DNA from: Gemmatimonadaceae bacterium
Lineage (GTDB): Bacteria; Gemmatimonadota; Gemmatimonadetes; Gemmatimonadales; Gemmatimonadaceae
Reading direction: 5' to 3'
Length of the DNA: 11,643 bases
NCBI GenBank assembly: GCA_040902005.1
Contig: JBBDYA010000087.1
Location: 9,009-20,651 of the forward strand
The position numbers and the translations under genes were made by a program. The number at the start of each line of letters is the position of its first letter. Positions within the stretch are counted from its first letter, which is position 1. Below, one piece after another: positions 6,776 through 11,643 of the stretch. Below the pieces are notes generated by a model. It did no database searches and had not been told where the DNA came from. It was given only the letters and a program-made list of their open reading frames with translations.

Positions 6776-7659
6776 GCTTCTGCGTGCAAGCTTCACGCAG
6801 TCGCGCGCGCCGCTACGGAATGACTCCGTCGCAGGCACTGCTTGGATTGGTCGTCGCGGCCGCGTGCGGAGGGGGAGGGGGAGGGGGAGGGGGAGAGGAA
6901 CGCCAGCTCGTGCGCATCGACGGGTCGCCGGGAGTGGCGCCTCTCGTCCTGGCGCTGGCAGACGAGTACCGATCGAGCGCTGGCGCCGCATCGGTCCACG
7001 TCGCCACAGGCCTTGGCGCCTCCGCGCGCAGCCGCGCGGTCGCCGACAGAACCGTGGACATCGCAATGGCCAGCCACGGGGTGAACCCGGACGAGATTCA
7101 GCGCCTGGGCCTCGCGGCACACGAAATCGCGCGCACCGCCGTGGTGTTCGCCGTCAATGCATCGGTGTCCGTCACGAACCTCGCGCGCGAGCAGATCTGC
7201 GACATCTACTCCGGACGCACGCGGGCGTGGCAGCTTGTGGGCGGCGCGCCGGGCGGGATCGTCCCGTTCATGCGCCCCGCGACCGAGGTGGACGCGGAGG
7301 TGGCGCTCGAGCATCTCGAGTGTCTGCGTGGGCTCCAGGTTCCCGCGCACGTGCGCGTGCACGAACGTGCGGACGAGATGGCCGAGGCGCTCGCGTCCAC
7401 GCCCGGCGCCATCGGCGTCACCTCGATGACCTACGTGCGGCAGAGCGGGGGACGTATCCGGGCGATCGCGCTTGCTGGCGTGGCGCCCACGCCGGAGAAC
7501 GTCGCATCGGGCGTGTATGCGCTCACACGACGCGCCATGCTGGTCACGAAAGCCGCGCCGTCGCCCGCGGTGGACGCGTTCCTCGCGTTCATTCGGAGCG
7601 AGGCGGGCGCGCGCGTCATCCGCGACAACGGCGCCGTGCCGGCGACCGCGTCCAGGTAG
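6772..7659 (+). CDS. PstS-like (PBP type 2 fold) substrate-binding lipoprotein
   Basis: ATGA overlap with the upstream stop; basic N-region, hydrophobic stretch and lipobox AAA-C; RIDGS, VDIAMAS, NLAREQICDIYSG, PGAIG, PTPENVASGVY, FLAFIRS match PstS-family scaffold motifs. Confidence 0.87.
   Translation: MSFCVQASRSRARRYGMTPSQALLGLVVAAACGGGGGGGGGEERQLVRIDGSPGVAPLVLALADEYRSSAGAASVHVATGLGASARSRAVADRTVDIAMASHGVNPDEIQRLGLAAHEIARTAVVFAVNASVSVTNLAREQICDIYSGRTRAWQLVGGAPGGIVPFMRPATEVDAEVALEHLECLRGLQVPAHVRVHERADEMAEALASTPGAIGVTSMTYVRQSGGRIRAIALAGVAPTPENVASGVYALTRRAMLVTKAAPSPAVDAFLAFIRSEAGARVIRDNGAVPATASR
6868..6894 (+). repeat. (GGAGGG)4GGA microsatellite encoding a Gly9 linker
   Basis: Four G5 runs separated by single A at 6871-6893, directly after the lipobox Cys codon. 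Confidence 0.85.
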
Positions 7660-7692
7660 TCCGATCGCAGCACCGAAATCCGGGCGTGCCGA

Positions 7693-8040
7693 TCACGTCG
7701 GCGAGGCGGCTGGAGGCGTCGGCGCCGCGGGTGCGGGCGGCAGCAGCTCGTCGACGATGGTCTGCTTCAACTGGCGGATGCGCTCCTCGTCGCGCGTGTA
7801 CACCACCCACCGGCCGACCTTTCGCGATTCGACGAGGCCGATTCCGATCAGGATTGCCATCTGCTCGTTGAGCGATGGTTGCGTACACCGAAGGTGCTTG
7901 AGCAGCGCCTTCGCGGTCACGCCGAGCGGCCGTCCGTCGGCCGTGCGCGGCCCCTCGAACCTCGACGGATCCCTGAGCAGCTCGAGCACACGCAGGCGCG
8001 TCGGGTTCGCGAGCGCCTTGAGTCCCTTGGCCAGTTGCAT
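7693..8040 (-). CDS. ArsR/SmtB-family winged-helix transcriptional regulator
   Basis: LKALANPTRLRVLELL at the N-terminus, HTH region ...TQPSLNEQMAIL, wing GLVESRKVGRWVVY; GGAGAGG ribosome-binding site upstream of the ATG. Confidence 0.9.
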   Translation of the reverse strand: MQLAKGLKALANPTRLRVLELLRDPSRFEGPRTADGRPLGVTAKALLKHLRCTQPSLNEQMAILIGIGLVESRKVGRWVVYTRDEERIRQLKQTIVDELLPPAPAAPTPPAASPT

Positions 8041-8079
8041 GGCGACCTCTCCGCATGCGGTGGGGAAAACACGTCAGCG

Positions 8080-8692
8080 CTCAAACATTGGGATAACCCG
8101 AAGGGAGACGCAAGCGCAGCGCTCGAGGATGGGTCGGGACGGCTGCCAGGCGAGACAGACGCCCAGATACATAGGACTTACCCGAAGCTAATCATTTGCT
8201 CAGGCCTGCAAATGCGCTCGGTAGTGCCCGGAGCCGTCAGAAAACGAGTGATACATAGGAGAAATCCGTTGTTACGGGGCCATCATGTGGTGGCGAGGAG
8301 GGAACGTCATTCCGACAGCCGTCGCGACGTCACTGACACTTAGGTAGAACCCACAGCGAGTTGGAATGATCGCGCTGGAGAATAGGAGTTCCCCGAAGGA
8401 AGCTGCCGGAGATCGCCTCTGACTTAGGAATTCCCCGATGCAACATGGCGCGGACGGCCTGACACTTGGGCAGGACGAGGTACGAGCTTCCTCCCAACGC
8501 CTGAGAGTTAGGACAACGCCTATGCGAATCGACGCCGGCGCCGTGTGAGCGATCGCTACAAGTGTGGGGGAGCCGTCAGGCCTGCAAATACTTAGGACGT
8601 TTCATATGTGAATGACTCCCTCGGCGCTCTGCTCTCCCTTAGCCTGGCCGTACGAACGAGCAAAACAGCTGAAACTTAGGAGTTGTCCTATG
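8080..8692. repeat. phased array of at least 10 imperfect palindromic boxes, 42/84-bp period
   Basis: 18-bp cores start at 8086, 8170, 8254, 8339, 8381, 8423, 8465 (left half only), 8507, 8591, 8675; spacings 84,84,85,42,42,42,42,84,84; consensus CTGANA-CWTAGG-N6-CCKAWG. Confidence 0.88.
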
Positions 8693-8764
8693 TCCAGCGA
8701 TTCAGTAGCCCTATCCCGCGACCTCAAGGCGCCTGGCGAAGTCCGTCAATCCGATAGGCGGCGA

Positions 8765-11608
8765 TCAGCCATTGACAAGGAGCAGTATCCGCGAGCAGCC
8801 GGCGAGCCGCGGATTGCGCAGCGCAAAACTCACGGCGTCGATCAGAGGGGCCAGCCGCGGCCCGCTGCGCCCGTCGAGCACCCTCACCCGCTCCGGTGAC
8901 TCGTACATCAAGTCGAGTAGTGCCGTGTCCGAAGGGAAGCGCGCCATCGTCCGTTTGGCGCGGTCGAACGCCGCGCGCACGTCCGCTTCCGGGCCGAACA
9001 CCAGCTCGCGCGCGTTCGTGCACGGCGCCACGCTCAGCATCAACAGCATCTCGAAGCGCAGGCCGCGCATCTCGTTCCGGTCGGCGGCCAGCGTGATCAT
9101 CGCCGAGCGCAGCGCGACCACGTCACGCCCATCGACGCCGGCAAACGCGGGGGTGCCTCGCGTGTCCGACGCGGCGTCCTGCGCCGCGATCACCGAGTCC
9201 ACCGACTTCCGGAGCGCCGGCCCGCGCGGGTCGCCCGTGGCCGCGTACAGGTCGATCAGCGCGTCGCGCGCGATCCCGGTCAGCACGATCCCGATGAGCT
9301 GCTCGATCAGCGTGTTGCCCTCGTCCGCCATGAGCAGCCCCACCGACACCCCCTCGCGCAGCGCGTGCTCGGCCGAGTCGGGGCGCCCGCGGGCGAGCCA
9401 GTACGCCGCGCGCGATGCGTTCGCATACGCCAGCGCCTTAGTCCCGGCGAACTTCGAAATGGGCAAGCTCCATGCGCCACCCGCGTCTGCCGGGAACGGC
9501 AGCTGGTATCGCGCGCCCAGATAGTCGATGGTGCTCGCACGCGCCATCACCGCCCACTGGGCCCAGTGCGGCATCCGGGCGATGCGCTCGAGGTACGCCA
9601 TCTCCGCCGCGCTGAAGCCACGCCGCGCCGCGTCCACGATCTCCTGCGACGCGGGAAGCCCGGGCACCTGCACGGTGCGCGCCGTCCGGAACAGCCCCGC
9701 GGGGAGGGGCGCGTTGAAATCGATCGGCGGCAGCTTCACTGCGGGCTCGCGCTCCGGAAACATGGTCTGGACGCGATCGCCTGCGGACATCACCAGGGAG
9801 TGAAACGCCTGCCCTGCCGCGAGCGGCGTCACCCGCGGATCGTCTGGCAGCGCGAAGCGGCGCGTCACCTCCGCGAACTCCATCTTGCTCTTCGTGTTCG
9901 CGAACTTCGGCACCATTGCCGTCCAGTACATTGGCCCCGCGGCACTCATTACCATGATCGGCACCAGCAGCACCGTTCCGACGATCAGCGCCGTCAGCAC
10001 GAGTGGCATCGACCAGCGCATGAATCCCGGCGCAACCGGCGCGCCGCGCTCGATGCCGGAACCCCCGCGCGCAGCGTCGAAGCTCTCGTTCCATACTGGC
10101 GCGAGACGGGTCATGTCCGCCGCCGCCGCCCTGCTCCGCCTGCGACGCTTCCCGAACGCGCGCTGCTCGTCCAGGCCGAGCCAGGCGGCCACCGCCAGCA
10201 GCGCGAGCGGGATCGCCGCCGCGATCCACAGCCCGGACGAGCCCACCACTCCAGCCGAGCCGGACACGATCACCGCGACGAGCAGCGGCAACGCCAGCGC
10301 GCCCGCGGCGAGGAGTGACGACTCGCGGATCACGCGAGAGCGGCGATAGCGGTTCCGCGCCTCGGTCGCGAGACCCGCGTACTCCCGCGAGCCCGTCACG
10401 ATCTGCCCCGAGTCACCGCGCGTGTCGCACAGCGTCTCCGCCACTGTCATCCATCCATAGCCGCCGCGCAGCGCGCGCCTCGCCAGGCGGCCGGTCTTCA
10501 CTGCGCGCTGCACGCCCACGCCAAGGTAGAGCATCCCCGCGACCGCCAGCGCGATCAGCGCAAAGCTGGCCGGCGAATTCACGAGCGCGTTCATCCGGGG
10601 CCCCGCGCTGAACACCGCGAGCATGGCGGCCGACGCGAGGCCGCTGCCGAACAGGAACCCCATCGCCACGTGACGTAGCTTCCCCTGCAACTCCTCGAGG
10701 CCCGGGGCCGGCCACTCGAGCAACGTCACGCCGCCCAGCCGGCGCGCCACCTCGTCGGCCGTCGGGCGCTTCGACGGGTCCTTCTCCAGGCAGCGGGCGA
10801 CGAGCTCGTCGAGCTCGGCGTCCACGTCGGGGCGCAGCGCCGCCAGCCGCTTCGGCGTGTCGCGCAGGTGCGCGGCGATGAGCTCGTGCGGCGACGTCGC
10901 CTGGAACGGCCCGGTGCCTGCGAGCAATTCGTGCGCGAGCAGTCCCAGGCTGTACACGTCGGTCTTTTCCCCCACGGGCTCCGCCAGCAGCTGTTCGGGA
11001 CTCATGTACTGCGGTGTGCCGAGCATGATGCCGGTGGCCGTGAGCTGGATCGACATCCGCTTGCCGCCGGGCGGCGCGTTCATCGCCGCGATGCCGAAGT
11101 CCGACACGAGCGATCGGCCGGACGATTCCTCGTACAGGATGTTCGCGGGCTTGATGTCGCGGTGCACGATGCCCTGCTGGTGCGCCGCCGCGAGCGCGGC
11201 CGCCACCTCGCCGATCGCACGGCGTGCTTCGCCCACGCTCAGCGCGCCGTCCTGCTCCACGCGCGCGTGCATGCTGCGCCCTTCCACGTACTGCATCACG
11301 AAGTAGGGCGTGCCGTCGTCCAGCTCACCCACCGTGTGGATGGAGACGATGTTGGGATGCGAGAGCGCGGCCACTGCCTGCGCCTCGCGCTCGAACCGCG
11401 CGCGTGCGTCGGCCGACGACGCCAGGTCGCCCGAGAGCACCTTGACCGCGACGAGCCGCTTGAGCGCGGGCTCGCGCGCCTGGAACACCTGCGCCATCCC
11501 GCCCGACCCGATGCGGCGCAGCAGCTGGAGCGAGGGCGCGAGTGCGGCGCGCAGACGCGTCTCGAGTGAGGTAGCGTCGGCGTCGCCGTCGCCTGGGCGA
11601 TGCGCCAC
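8765..11608 (-). CDS. Hanks-type Ser/Thr protein kinase with ~5 TM helices and C-terminal extracytoplasmic domain; paralogue of 1732-4932
   Basis: IGSGGMAQV, VAVK, HRDIKPAN, DFG, GTPQYMSPEQ, TDVYSLG intact; five hydrophobic segments. The frame stays open to the window edge, so the true start may be beyond 11643. Confidence 0.93.
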   Translation of the reverse strand: MAHRPGDGDADATSLETRLRAALAPSLQLLRRIGSGGMAQVFQAREPALKRLVAVKVLSGDLASSADARARFEREAQAVAALSHPNIVSIHTVGELDDGTPYFVMQYVEGRSMHARVEQDGALSVGEARRAIGEVAAALAAAHQQGIVHRDIKPANILYEESSGRSLVSDFGIAAMNAPPGGKRMSIQLTATGIMLGTPQYMSPEQLLAEPVGEKTDVYSLGLLAHELLAGTGPFQATSPHELIAAHLRDTPKRLAALRPDVDAELDELVARCLEKDPSKRPTADEVARRLGGVTLLEWPAPGLEELQGKLRHVAMGFLFGSGLASAAMLAVFSAGPRMNALVNSPASFALIALAVAGMLYLGVGVQRAVKTGRLARRALRGGYGWMTVAETLCDTRGDSGQIVTGSREYAGLATEARNRYRRSRVIRESSLLAAGALALPLLVAVIVSGSAGVVGSSGLWIAAAIPLALLAVAAWLGLDEQRAFGKRRRRSRAAAADMTRLAPVWNESFDAARGGSGIERGAPVAPGFMRWSMPLVLTALIVGTVLLVPIMVMSAAGPMYWTAMVPKFANTKSKMEFAEVTRRFALPDDPRVTPLAAGQAFHSLVMSAGDRVQTMFPEREPAVKLPPIDFNAPLPAGLFRTARTVQVPGLPASQEIVDAARRGFSAAEMAYLERIARMPHWAQWAVMARASTIDYLGARYQLPFPADAGGAWSLPISKFAGTKALAYANASRAAYWLARGRPDSAEHALREGVSVGLLMADEGNTLIEQLIGIVLTGIARDALIDLYAATGDPRGPALRKSVDSVIAAQDAASDTRGTPAFAGVDGRDVVALRSAMITLAADRNEMRGLRFEMLLMLSVAPCTNARELVFGPEADVRAAFDRAKRTMARFPSDTALLDLMYESPERVRVLDGRSGPRLAPLIDAVSFALRNPRLAGCSRILLLVNG

Positions 11609-11643
11609 GTCCGGCGTCAGCGGATCGGCGGGTGGGCCGGTTC

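Larger units (their letters stand above)
417..11643. mobile_element. tRNA-Met-integrated genomic island (left part; both boundaries approximate, right end not seen)
   Basis: Integrase abutting a tRNA 3' end, mosaic base composition, gene remnants and accessory cargo; no second copy of the tRNA 3' end found in the window. Confidence 0.5.

Noticed and set aside
7879..8343. 154-aa plus-strand ORF (and 8612-8899) crossing the array
   Set aside because: Overlap real genes on the opposite strand, atypical codon usage, no homology cues
8080..8692. Array as a CRISPR array
   Set aside because: Repeats are too degenerate with a variable centre, gaps alternate between 18 and 60 bp, and no cas gene is in the window
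8080..8692. Array as a decayed leucine-rich-repeat gene (boxes translate as LKLRSCPM, LKHWDNPK; 84 bp = 28 aa)
   Set aside because: In-frame stops inside boxes (TAG 8345, TGA 8420), an 85-bp step breaks the frame, rare AGG codons are fixed, and variation is dyad-symmetric rather than codon-patterned. Not fully excluded without a translated search
8080..8692. Array as a TIGR-type guide array because of recurring CTGA
   Set aside because: Period is 42/84 rather than about 36, no box C-like partner repeat is evident, and no Nop-domain protein is encoded here

Overview
GC-rich bacterial window that looks like the left end of a decayed, mosaic genomic island integrated at a tRNA-Met(CAT) gene (368-441). 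A tyrosine integrase (387-1718, minus) reads antisense through the tRNA, takes its stop codon from the D-loop, and has Glu where the first catalytic Arg is expected. Cargo: two paralogous Hanks-type Ser/Thr kinases with about 5 TM helices and a shared uncharacterised C-terminal domain (1732-4932, 8765-11608+), a 5'-truncated Clp-fold (SDH/SppA-like) protease remnant, a frameshifted second recombinase remnant fused to a membrane-protein gene, an orphan PstS-fold lipoprotein, and an ArsR/SmtB-type regulator. The most striking unexplained structure is upstream of the regulator (8080-8692): at least 10 dyad-symmetric boxes (CWTNGG-N6-CCNAWG, usually preceded by CTGANA) on a near-exact 42/84-bp grid. 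A ~170-nt segment closed by a perfect 15-bp inverted repeat and followed by a terminator (126-295, minus) is a candidate ncRNA or leader. No right att site is visible in the window. All family assignments are by-eye motif recognition, not database searches.
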